A stretch of DNA of 64,000 bases from Eledone cirrhosa (Eukaryota): the NCBI GenBank assembly GCA_964016885.1, contig OZ024746.1:42408001-42472000 (forward strand). Direction: 5' to 3'. Of the stretch, positions 48,620 through 61,249 are shown piece by piece; position 1 is the first letter of the stretch; the number at the start of each line of letters is the position of its first letter. Both the position numbers and the translations under genes were made by a program. The notes under the pieces were generated by a model. The model did not search any database, was not told the origin of the DNA, and was given only the letters and a program-made list of their open reading frames with translations.

Positions 48620-49270
48620 AAAACCGATCATGATTGATGTGAAAGGGCATAACCTGAGCCTATCATCGTGAGTGGGGAAGAATTGGAAGAGGCAAGCCAT
48701 TTTATCTATTTGATATGTTCAATATGATCAGTAATGATGTTTGACACAGGGATGAGCTATATTATAGGATGAGCAACACCCGCTAAAGATTCAAAATGAT
48801 GAGAGTGATATTCTGTAGAAAATCAAACCCATATCAGCCTAACTGATGTACAAATTATATCAAGCAATAGTGTTATCCATTTTATGGATCAGAAGCATGT
48901 ACTGTAAACCCCAAAGAAGTTAAAAATATGACTGTATATTTGCAGAATGAGACACCTGTAAATGATTGTGAACAACACATGTGAAAACAAAGTCTGGAAC
49001 CGCCTCATGCTAGAGAAGGCCAACCTCTTTAGCATTGAAGAAATATCGGTGCAATGCAACTTCTGCTATCTTAGGTATATTCAAAGAATGGAGGAAACTT
49101 AGTTGCCAAGAAAAATACTCTACTCGCATTTGTTTAATGATCAAGAATCAAGGTAGACCACGGACACAAGGATGTGGTTAAATATAACATTAATAGATTG
49201 GGTATTAATTAATGTCCATAGCAGAGAAGACATATTGTCAGTCATTGTTAACAATTGAAGGGCTACATAT
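48620..49270 (+). mobile_element. Highly decayed RTE LINE fragment
   Basis: Residual IIVSGEELEEASHFIYL, YGSEACT and LRYLRYIQRMEET*LPRKILYSHL motifs. Confidence 0.6.
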
Positions 49271-49487
49271 GAAAGCTGTTTCTGGCACTCCCCTTTTAAA
49301 GTGGACATGTGATATTCATAGCATGAATCTGTGGTGTTCATAGTCAGAACATATAGAGTTCATAGCATTGCAATAAACATTAGCAGTGTAAATATAGGGA
49401 AATGATTTCAACAAGAAATAAAACCATATCTCTATCTGCATGGAAGGTAAATCTATATCTACAGCAGTGCTCCACGAAATCATATAA

Positions 49488-49676
49488 TAATTGTTTCTAC
49501 TTTTGGCACAAGGGCAGCTATTACCCAGTACATTACTGGTACTTTAGTTTATCGACCCGGTAAGGATGAAAAGCAAAGTTAACCTCAACGGGATTTGAAC
49601 TCAGACCGTACAGGGACGTAACTATGCTGGAAAGCATGGCGTCCGACCCTCTACTGATACTGCCAATTCATCGCCC
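49488..49676 (-). mobile_element. SINE family A
   Basis: Reverse-complement consensus match, flanked by a direct repeat ACGAAATCATATAATAAT. Confidence 0.9.
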
Positions 49677-50446
49677 TATACGAAATCATATAATAATGGT
49701 TTTGATTTAGGTACAAGGCCAACAAGATAGTCTGATACTAATTCAATTTTCATACTGAAATAGGTCTTCCTCATTATTTGATTAACAAATGATTCCATTA
49801 GCAGTCCTTGAAATCAGGTAGTTTTTGTAAAGGTTCTTTAATATAATTTAAATTTAATATGGATAGTAGTCATGCAATTTTCTGTAAATATAACAACATA
49901 AAATCTCTTTCTAAGCTTTACAAAATACAACTTTCCTCATCACAATTTATTATGGATTCTATATGTAGAAATATCATCATGTGCCATACCACATGATATA
50001 GCAAACTATGCTTTTTCATGCCACTTGTCATTTTGCAGCTCTTACGAGTCTGTCTACTGTGTTAGGCTGTCCATCTATTATCGTCTCTATCTTTTAAATT
50101 TCTCTAGAGTGATGATGAGTTGGCCATATTAACATGTGAATGCTACCTATTATTTTCTACATTTGATATAATATTTTTAATTGAGTTTTTTGTGATGTCT
50201 TTCTTCAACCTCTTTGCTATCTAATGGATTTTTAATATTCTGCACAGACACAAATGTTGCTGTTGCCAGCAGGGATTTTTGCAAACATCCATTTAGCATG
50301 CTTACTTTTGCAACCTTTCATAAAAACAAGTTTTAAGTTTGGAGAACTTTTATCCCTACTTGAAGTAATATAATTCAATTTATAGTTAATTTTCTGTCTA
50401 AGATTCTGTTTTTGATATCTTCAATCTAATGGAATGACATTATTAT

Positions 50447-50875
50447 GGAGGATTGGCAGTATTGGTAGAGGGTTGGGCGCCATGCTTTGAAGCATAGAGT
50501 TACCTCCCTTTATGATCTGAGTTCAAATCCCGCCGAGGTTAACTTTGCCTTTCATCCTTACGGGGTCGATAAAATAAAGTACCAGTAATGCACTGGGATA
50601 ATTGCTGGCCTGGTGCCAAAAGTAGAAACAATTATTATGGAACTTGAGGGTGGTGGATTGGCAGTATTGGTAGAGAGTCGGACAGGTGGGTTGGCAGTAT
50701 TGGTAGAGGGTTGGGCGCCATGCTTTGAAGCATAGAGTTACCTCCCTTTATGATCTGAGTTCAAATCCCGCCGAGGTTAACTTTGCCTTTCAATCCTTAC
50801 GGGGTCGATAAAATAAAGTACCAGTAATGCACTGGGATAATTGCTGGCCTGGTGCCAAAAGTAGAAACAATTATT
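50447..50875 (+). mobile_element. Tandem SINE family A array (full copy, partial head, full copy)
   Basis: Two almost identical copies. ATTATTATGGA occurs before, between and after them. Confidence 0.9.
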
Positions 50876-50884
50876 ATGGAATTT

Positions 50885-51930
50885 AAGTATGAAAATTCGA
50901 TATCAACATGCAGGTCTCCATTCTCAGCTCTCTCTTATATATTGTAATTCATCAAGTTATAACTGAACAGTTTAAGACCAGTCAGCTGCTGGAAATCTTT
51001 ATTGCCCATGACCTAGTTCTCAAATCTGAATCTACAGAAGATTTACAGAAGAAATATAGAAATGGAGACAAAGTCTGGAATCAAGAAGCATCAATTAAAC
51101 TTAGCAAGGATAAAGGTTTTAGTTAGCAGGAACTGACTATGCATGATATATAGAAAAGTCATAGGTAGGAATTACATACAGTATACACAATGTAAACTGT
51201 GGTTGCAAATGAGGTGTAGTGGGATCACAGGCAGGATGGCAGAGAAGGAAGGCTTTGTTTGTGGCATATACACTGCAGCTTTAGGAATAACAGGACCCAT
51301 AAAATAAATGCTTAGAAGGCTTAATAAAATTAGTTGATAACTTTATGTAGAGATTTAATTAGCAGTGGAGGTGGGTGTCTCAAAACATAGAATCTAGAAT
51401 GAGAACAGAGTATAAACATTTTAAGAAAATATTGTCCACAAAGGGATTATTTTTGTTAATTGAATGGTAGACTGTATGGTGTTTGAGTACAAAATATAAT
51501 GCTGCATGGTAACAAAACATGGCCATTGAATACAGAAGATGTGCAAAGGCTGGAAACAAATGAGGTATGCATCTTCTGCTGGCTGTGTAATGTTAATGAG
51601 AATGAATAACAGAGCACAAATGAACTGAGGGAAAAATAGATACAAGAACAATCAAATTTTGTGTACAAAAGCGGAAGCTGTGCTGTTAAGAACATAAGTT
51701 GTCTATGAAGGATAACAGTTTAGTAAAGAACTGTAAGTGATCCAAGCAAAAGGAAATTACAGAACAGAAAGACTAAGTAAGACATAGGAAGAAATGGTGA
51801 AAACTGATCTCAGGATGCTTAACATCACAAATGAAATGACAAGTCACTGTGGCAATTGGGGATACACTATGCTGGCGAAGACTCATTTAACTCATGCATG
51901 CATGGAAAAAGGATGTATGATGATGATGTG
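50885..51930 (+). mobile_element. Decayed RTE LINE (same family as 5319 and 15350)
   Basis: SILSSLLYIVIHQVITEQFKTSQLLEIFIAHDLVL is a decayed GSVLSP...LLYADDL region. The fragment ends with the shared tail and (GAT)n. Confidence 0.75.
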
Positions 51931-51959
51931 TGCTTATTAAATATAAATTTCCTAGCTGT

Positions 51960-53270
51960 ACACCAGCAATAAGGAACCATGCAAATTTTGCAGATATGAC
52001 TGGTCTTCAGCTATTCTTCTCCTCATCCCATCCTCATATCTCTGCATCTTGGACTTATGGACCAGCAATATCTATCTTTTCCTGTCTCTTGCCATTGCTG
52101 TATATTCTGCCAAACTCCTTCCTGTCCATTCCTTAATATCATCTAACCATCTCCTTTTCTCCCAACCCCTGGCCCTTGTTTTCCCTGTATTGGTCCCTCA
52201 GGGATGTGGGTAGTCAAATTTTGAGCCCTGATGACATGACCAAAATACTGAAGTTTCCTTTTCCTTACTGTTTCAACCAACTGTCGATTGACCCCTATCT
52301 CTTCCAAGACAGATTCATTTGTTCTGTGAGCTCTCCTGCTAATTCTAAGTGCATGCCTATAGCATGACATTTCAAATGCATTTAGTTGTTTCAAGTCAGA
52401 TGCTTTTAAAGTCCATATCTCACAACCATATACAGCTACTGGCCACACTATTGTTTTGATTACTTTCTTTTTGGTGGACTTTGTAAGAGCTCTATCCTTC
52501 CAAAGGATGCTGAGTGTGCTCAAGACTGTTCTTGCAGTTGCTAGTCTTGCCATTATTTCTCAACTTCCCCCTATCACCGTGTGTCATTTCTTCCTTCTGT
52601 CTAGTTGCTGCCATTACTTTTGTCTTTTTGATGTTGACCTGACTATATTCCCTTGAAATTCTCTAAACTTTATCCAGTAGTGTTTGTAGATTTGCTGGTG
52701 AGTTTGCTATGAGTAAACTATGTCGTCAGCATACCGCAGGTTGTTGATCTCTTTCCCACCAACAGTAACCCCGATCCAGGAGAGCATATCTGCTGACTTT
52801 CCCATCACCTCCTCAGAGTAAAGATTGAATGCCAAAGGTGACACCAGGCATACCTGTTGAACTCCTCTGTTTAGACTGAAGCATTCTGTGAACTCTTTTT
52901 CCATGCTCACTGCAGCTAATTGCTCATCATACAGAAGCTTTAATAATTTCACCATTGTGCCATTCACTCCCTTCCTCTTCAATACGTTCCAAAGCATTGA
53001 ATGTAATACAGAGTCAAATGCCTTTTTATAACCTACAAATGCTAAATAAAAAGGCACATTAAACTCCCTTGCTTTTTCCATGATAATTCTGATATTGAAA
53101 ATCTGATCCCTGGTCCTCACCTTCCTTTCTGAAACCCATTTGTTTGTCTGCACACTGTTCTTCTACCATTCTCTGCATTCTCTCTAAGAGAATCTGCAGG
53201 AGGATAATGAAAGCGATTGTATGGTGTTCTGTACATTTTGTTGTTCCAGTGATCTTTGGTATGGGAATAA
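51960..53270 (-). mobile_element. RTE LINE fragment of a second family (RT and C-terminus)
   Basis: TRDQIFNIRIIMEKAREFN, AFVGYKKAFDSV, GVQQVCLVSP, INNLRYADDI, VAVYGCEIWTL, RKLQYFGHVIR. Confidence 0.9.
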
Positions 53271-54290
53271 AAACTACTATAGTAACATTTTCTATACATC
53301 AGATATAATTGAGAATATGTCTTTTAGTTTTCATACAATATACATCCATCTATAATGTAAAATGTATTTTGAAATAATATTTAAACAAAATAGCTAATTG
53401 GTTTAAGGTTTTAAATTCATTCAATTATGAAAACTAAACTACTTGAATATAGTGTGTGTTAAATCTTCATTTACATTTAAAATTTACCTATATGCATATT
53501 TTACATTTTTTTACATTTTTATCCATATTGAAAAACATACACAACCAGCGTATTTATATATTATATGATTTAAAAAGTAATAAGACTGAATAATATACAT
53601 TATATTGTTGTAAAGGCTTTTGTTAGGACAAACATATTCTAATCATTATATACAGAGCTATATTAATCATTAAAAATTAAATTTATTCCTTACACAAACT
53701 TATATACATTTTCATACACACAAATATATGGTATGAGTTGTTATACAATGAAGAAACGAATAATGTGAATTCGAGTATTTGTTGTGACTAGTGCTGATAA
53801 TAAAATATTAACATGAATAAATTATTATAATAGAATATGAAGCATATTAACACAAAACTAATTATACATATAAAGTATAACTAAAAATATATTTCTAAAA
53901 ATGTTTTGAAAAATAATAATAAGAAAAATATCTAATGGAAAAAATACGTAAGTAGTAGCAGTATTATTGTCTTATGAAAATAGTAGTTGCAATATAAAAG
54001 ATAAATCATAACATTTTAACTGTTAAAATATATTTGATGATTCTCTCTATATCTCTGGAAATAATTATATATACTCATTGTACAAGGAAAATTTTGTCTG
54101 AAATTTATAATTATGGATATATTAACGATCATACAAGATCCATTTGATAAACTCTAAAATTATCTTTTGAATTTCAAAATTTGAAATGCAATTAGCTTCC
54201 TTAATTATGCAAGATATTTGTGGGTTTAAAATTGTATTCATATACATGTTTTATTCTTACTATTTCTATAATAAGCATAAGGTGTAAACC

Positions 54291-54344
<54 letters not shown>

Positions 54345-54485
54345 CATATATATATAACTGAGTATTTGTAAATGACAGAAACTGCATGTGTGTGTGTGTG
54401 TGAAAGAAAGAGAGAAAAAGAGTTGAGAGTGAAAGCGAAAGTATGAGAATGAGTGAAAGAATGAGAGAACAAACAAGCAGATTCT

Positions 54486-54540
54486 GTCGCGTGCTGGTAG
54501 TTTGGAAAATAAGGGGTACCAATGACTGACGTCATCAATC
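54486..54540. promoter_or_regulatory. Candidate cis-regulatory cluster (CRE, CCAAT, NFAT-like and CACGCG motifs)
   Basis: TGACGTCA at 54527-54534, CCAAT at 54519-54523, TGGAAA and CGCGTG within about 50 bp, in otherwise CpG-poor DNA. Motif match only. Confidence 0.3.
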
Positions 54541-56166
54541 AACTATAGCTTCTTGTATAGCTGCAACATTTTTCAGCTGTAACATCTAGTAGCATCAGAC
54601 ATTTGTTCAGCTTTTACGATCAATAAATTCACAATAATAATAATTTGACAAGTTTTTCAGATAGTTGGAAACTGACATAGCCAACTATACTTCTGAAACA
54701 GAAATCACTAGTATACTATATAAAATATAGTATTACTTTCACAAATTCAGTTTAACATCTATAGATATGTATTAAAGCCAGTTCTTGAATATTCAGAAGT
54801 AAAGCAATTTAAATCAGTTTTTCTTCGAGATAAGAATAAGGGAATGTAAAAAACATTAGATAGAATAAAATAACAGTAAATCAATAAAAGTAGCAAAGTG
54901 TTAATACTAAATTCATAAGGAATTTTAAGATAAACTTTAAGTTGTAGAGTTGATGAACTGCTTCAGTAAAACTAGGTTTGTATCAAATTGATTTATATTA
55001 AATTTTAGAGACATTTTCCCCCACCAAGTAATCTGGGCGAGGAAGTGTAAAGAAAAGGTTACAATGACATTAGCAAAAAGACAAGAAAAATTTATGATGA
55101 AATAGGAAATCAATTGAAATATGTATATCATAAAATCATCGATGAAAGAAATAACCAATATGGGTGTATTCTGAATTTTGAAATTTGAATACGTTTTTTA
55201 AATATTTTAAGTAATTTATAAAACACATTATTTGAAGGAATAATAAAGTGACATGTCTTCAAAAATATTATATTTTATAAACTTTAATGCAATTAGTGTG
55301 GTTTTCTATATACTTTATATTATTTTTAGGTTACTAAAACAAAACACTGCCGTTCCCTTACGCTATTAAAAACATTTTAATTTTTTATCTCAGCTAGCCT
55401 TTAAATAAATTTTATAAAAACATATTCTTGGCCATGCTGGAAATTATTAAAGCAAGGGCTATTTTAAACACTGTCAGAATGAAACTGGGGATTCTGGATG
55501 AAATTTTGGTTTTAGTTCAATTCTTAAATAGAAAGATCTATTTCATATGATTATTAATCTAAAGTATACTTTCAAAATTTCATCCACAAAAATTAAATTT
55601 TGCAATCATAGTAACAAGCTTAAATTTAATGTCTGAAGTATCATTGATCTATTTTGAACTAAATGATAATCAATAAAAGATAACTACAAACATTACAGAG
55701 AGAAAGGGAACATACTGAGCAATAAAATAAACAAAAATGTCATAAAGTCTGTTTAAGTTATTTTAGCATAGAAATAATGGCCAAAAATGGATTGTTTCTT
55801 TAATGACAGAGATTAGTGCTTGTTGAACCTCCAACATACAACATGCCTCATAGTTTAATACCCATGAAGTTCTTTTTTTTTTTACTTTGTACTGCAGTGG
55901 TAAAAGCTTGTACAATGAATTACTGAAAGCTAATACCACTTGACTATTAGTAATTCTAGTAGCTGTCATTGCAATGTTTAAGTTTGAATCTTATGTATTT
56001 AAGAAGGAAAACATTTGGGCTTATGATTGTTAAAAACTGGCTGTTTACTATTTTGAAAATAGAAGCAAAATAAGTGTTTGTTTCAGTAAACTAAACCAAG
56101 TAGATAACATGGATATCTCAGAAGAAAGGTAATAAACTACATACAGGAAATTTAGTTACTTTAAAT

Positions 56167-56327
56167 AATTGTTTCTACTTTTGGCACAAGGCCAGCAATT
56201 ATCCCAGTGTATTACTGGTACTTTATTTTATCGACCCCGCGGGATTTGAACTCAGACCATAAAGGGTCGTAACTCTTTGCTGCAAAGCATGGCGTCCGAC
56301 CCTCTACCGATACTGCCAATCTGCCCA
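56167..56327 (-). mobile_element. SINE family A, internally deleted
   Basis: Reverse-complement consensus match with a deletion between GACCCCG and CGGGATTTG. Confidence 0.85.
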
Positions 56328-58181
56328 CAGACATGCCCTCTCCTCTACACTCAACAAAATAAAATAAAAATGAGATTATAATCAAAGCATGTAGAACAAT
56401 CTTTTCAATAAAGAAAGATTTCAATATGTATTGAAATTCAATGCTGTGATTTCAAAAAAATATCAATTTGTGGAGAAAATGCCATTTAATACAACAAACA
56501 TATTACCTCTAGAATTATATACCTTAATCTAGATTAAACAAAGTGAGGCAGAAGTCCTCAAACTAAAATTCTTTCTAATTAAAACTAAAAGAGAGTATCA
56601 AGTTCAGAAACTGTGGAAAGTTTTCAAGAGGATGAACAAATTTAAGTGTAATATACGATATATATTGTTTCAGTTAAGTTGATATTGTAGTCAAAGTGTT
56701 AACTGTTGTATAATGAATATCTATGTACTCCATACTGTAAAGTGTTTGGTGATTGGAAGGGCATCTAGCCATAAAATACATGTAAAACAAACATAACATA
56801 CACAACAAGAAATACAATTTTTTTTTCTTGTTGTTATGAATGCCAGATAACGAAGGACCACATCAAGTAGTTAAATATTGTGAGATCTAACCAACACATG
56901 AAAACATGGACAAACTGACATGAAAATAATGGTTGTTGTTTTGATTTATTCAAGAATATTTATTTTAATGCACATGCACACAAACACACACATAAATAGA
57001 TAAAATTGCTATACATATATAAACATGTATGCATGTGTGTAAATATATAATCATTGCTGATGTCTTACTTGTGGAATATACATCACAGTTTCTACTCTTA
57101 CATACAAATATAAACAAAATGCATTGATGTAAACATAAATACATTTCCAAACAACCCATGCACATGACCCTGTTGACGTCAGACATTCATGGAGAGAGGA
57201 TTGCCAAGCATGATATGTTGAATATGTTCTTCTCTGTGCTTACTCTTCTTTTGTATTCTCTATCTTGTCTTTCTGTCAGAAGGACAATATGTTGAATAGT
57301 TTACCCTATAATTTTAGTGCCTATAACTAGACTGTTTCTGAAACTGGATATTTTCTTAGGTAGAAATAAAGTGAAATGCTTTTAACTTAACATCTTAACA
57401 TTAATAATTATGAAATTTTGAAACATTTCACAATCTATAAAGTGTGTTTAACATTACAATAAATGTGCTTGAATGCTAACAACAGCAAAAATATCTTGAA
57501 TGCTGAATAAAAGTAAAGTGTTACTCTGTTGCGACCAAAAATAGATGATTGTATTGTAAAGATATACAGAGATGAAATCTATAGAAACCTAAAGTGTTTC
57601 ACAATTAAATAATAGTCAAAATGTCCCTATCATTTGTGGATTAACAACTAAAATATTAATGTAAATTAATGTGAAGTAATGACAACATTTTAATGTAAAG
57701 AATATAAGACATCATAAGTACTTATTAGAGACAGAAATATGTAACAGGCTCAATGACAGAATTTGAACCTTTACCTAATTCCTGGTCATGACTACATTAC
57801 TGATTAAACTACATAGCACTTGTCACTCTATCCCTTCAGATTAGATATGTTGATAGCAGAAACAGAATATTTCATTGTTTGAGGTAGAGTGGTAGGTATT
57901 CTGTAGTGTAATTTATAGAGATAGAACCATTAGAGTTCCATCGTGTTATTTGTGTAGGTAAAATAGTAGGTATTTTGTGGATATAAAATAGAATATATTC
58001 TGTGGTGTAATTTGTAGTGATAGAATAGTACGTGATTTATAGTGTTATTAAATGGAAATAGATTTGTAGTGTAATTTGTAGAGATGGAACCATAGTAGTT
58101 CTGAAATGTAGAGATAGAATGGAAGGTGTTCCATAGCAGAATGTGTATATGTGGTCACCTGTCAAGTAATAGATACATAGT

Positions 58182-58378
58182 TTAACCCTTTAGCATTTAC
58201 ATTATATATACTATTATATTTTTATCTCACATAATATCGAATCTATGAGATTTTGATAGTATTTATTTTGAGAACAATATCTTAACATCAGTATGAACAG
58301 CCTATTACAGCTGGTTTGAACAGAAAGGGGTGAGACAATTCTGACCAGATATGGCTGGTTTAAATGCGAAAGGGTTAA
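58182..58378. mobile_element. TTAA-flanked (piggyBac-type) MITE, copy 1
   Basis: TTAA-CCCTTTAGCATTTA ... TAAATGCGAAAGGG-TTAA. Confidence 0.8.
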
Positions 58379-59035
58379 GCCTATTCAATGAGACTTTTAC
58401 TTTTTTCTTTCATCAACTGATACTTAAGATGTCTAATATCACATCTAAGTATAGAAAATGTGTTTTAGAAAACAGAATGCACTGTAGAAGTTAACTACTA
58501 AGCTGTTGTAACTACAATCTTTAGTCTAATTTATAAAAACCTTAAAGAATACCATATGAGAATATATATTTTCTCAGAAATATGTCAATAAGAGCTTCTG
58601 TATTGCTGTTCAAGCTTCTAGAATTAGTAGTTTAATCTCCAAATTGCATCCTACTATCTTAAAAGAGAAAACGACACACTGAATAATGTATTCCTTGGAA
58701 TACAATGTCTGAAATCAGATGGCCATAACCAGAATGCCTTTTCATCATGACTAACCAAACAGAGTTGACTGAGGGCTAAACATTTAATAATATCTGATCA
58801 AACAGTGCTGACCTATGGCTAAACCTTTGATCTTGTCTTATCAAGCAGAGTTGACCAAGAGCTAAATATTTGATCCTGTCTGATAAAGGTTAATCTAGGG
58901 CTAAATTAATTTTTTTTAACAGAAGTTGAAAAGAAAAAAAAGTGTAACTGTCTGGAGTAGGACTAACAATCAGTATAAGTAGATATCATATTGGTCTATT
59001 AACATTTATTTGTATTCATCAGTTGTTATTTTGAT

Positions 59036-59262
59036 TTAACCCTTTAGAATTTAAACCGGGCGTATCCGGCCAGAATTCTCTCACCTCTTTCTGTTTAAAC
59101 TGGCCATAACTGGCTGTTCATACTTGTTAAAGTATTGTTCTCAAAATAAATAATATCAAAATCTTGTAGACTAGATATTATGTGAGATAATTATGTGAAA
59201 TAAAGTGTTTACCATGAAAACACAGTAGTAAATATAGAGTAATGTAAATACTAAAGGGTTAA
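59036..59262. mobile_element. TTAA-flanked MITE, copy 2, inverted relative to copy 1
   Basis: TTAA-CCCTTTAGAATTTA ... TAAATACTAAAGGG-TTAA. The internal sequence is a diverged reverse complement of 58182-58378. Confidence 0.8.
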
Positions 59263-59770
59263 AAACAAATTTTATACTGTACTACTGAAAATGTCAATAC
59301 ATATTTTAGCTAACACCCTGTATACTGACTGGTGCTAAGAGCTCATCTGTATATTCAGTATGTTACTGGACATAAAAATGTATCATCCAGATGAGTTTCA
59401 ACTCACTACTCACTATGGAAATATTGTTTATAAACTTGTCCCAAGCCCAGAGGTGCATCAGGCTAACACTCATCCTGGTTTCATTGGCATTAAATGACCA
59501 AAAGTACAAAGCAGAACAGCATCCTACTGTAGGGTTAACCCCCAGATACTGCTAGTACTCTACTTTAGTTGAGTGGATTGGAGCAACATGAAATGAAGTG
59601 CTTTGCACAACATATTACCAAGCCAAAGAATCGAAACCTAAACAAGCCACACATTATGTTTAAGATTTACATAAATGTAATAGATCAATTTGCATATATA
59701 ACCTAGTTTTGGCTGTTAATATAGATACATTGAAATAAATTCATCTATATATATATATATACATAAATAA

Positions 59771-59814
<44 letters not shown>

Positions 59815-59818
<4 letters not shown>

Positions 59819-61167
59819 ATAATAATAAATTTGAAGACTAAAATCCAAAGAGGGCTCGATAAGAATAAATATATATCAAATATATAAGAACAGTAGAGCA
59901 AATATTTATTAAAATAACAGATTAAAGTTTAAGCTTTCACCCTTAACGGGATCTTCTGAAACTAACAAAGTCAATCTGTGAACGCAGAAGTGAATATTTA
60001 AAAAAACGTTGCAACCGGAGGAAGATAGGAAGACGATACTTTGGTTCATGGAAACGTTCCCTGGCAAAGAACGGGAAAAAATGAATATAATATGTCATTA
60101 TTTGGAGCAGTGAAAAACAATTACAAAACCATGTTTATGGTATAAAAGAAGTCGTAGACTAATATTCTCTTAGGTGGTTCATAGAGATGTTCTCTGGCAA
60201 TGAACGGAAAAAACGAAGATAATACGTCATATGTGGGGCGTGGAGAACAATTGCACGCAAAGACAAAACCACGTAAATGGTATAACTGAAGTCGTAGACT
60301 AAAATTCTAACTAGGAAACTGAATGATTCTCGGCTTCAGAGTTAAGAATAAAGTAAATAAAATACAGAGGTAATTGAAATTAAATAAATACATACACGCA
60401 CATACACAAGCATACGCGAAAACACTCGCCATAGGTATACAATTACACGCACGCATAAATATGTGTGTGTGTGCGTGTGCGTGTATACAAATAATTAAAT
60501 AAACGTATATAAATAAATACGTATATAACAAGCGCACACACATACCTACATGTAAATACACAAATGTTCGGAGACGTACGTCAACCAAAACACGAAGTAC
60601 ACATATACACACACCCTACATACGTACGAACCCGCATACTCACACAGACGCAAAACTCGTGTATACACATAACCAAAAGCATATGTACCAGAATATATAA
60701 AATATACGCCATAACATATACAATCAAATATACGTACGAGAAAGTATACGTACCTTCACAAAACATACAGGTAATATATACTTACCTATGCAAATAAGTA
60801 ATGGAATAAACATAACATATACTTAGCTACCACATCAAGACGTAAAATATCCGCGTATAGATCGTACTATCCGTTAGGGTATAATGTGGGGCTGTAATAC
60901 AGGAAAGTTTTGTGCAATTTATGTTTACAAGCCGAAATTGCCTCAGATTTTTTGTTTAAGATGTGGTCTGTGGCGTAGAGTATTTTCAGGGCCTCAGGGG
61001 CGCAGAGGTCACATGGTCTTTTATTTCCGTTATACGATCTAGCCCTAGCTAGGATCTCCCAGTGTAACTTATATTGGGTGTTGTTGTCTTTTAGACTTTG
61101 TTACTTTTAGAAGATCCCGTTAAGGGTGAAAGCAGCGATTCTTTGCTTAAACTTTAATGTTATTTTA

Positions 61168-61175
<8 letters not shown>
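59815..61175. mobile_element. (TA)n-embedded, CpG-rich element with sub-terminal inverted repeats of about 70 bp; possible Penelope-like remnant
   Basis: 59902-59972 is the reverse complement of 61094-61175. The element contains a ~130 bp duplication and a TACG/CA-rich tract. The IRs carry a hammerhead-like fold. Confidence 0.6.
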
Positions 61176-61249
<74 letters not shown>

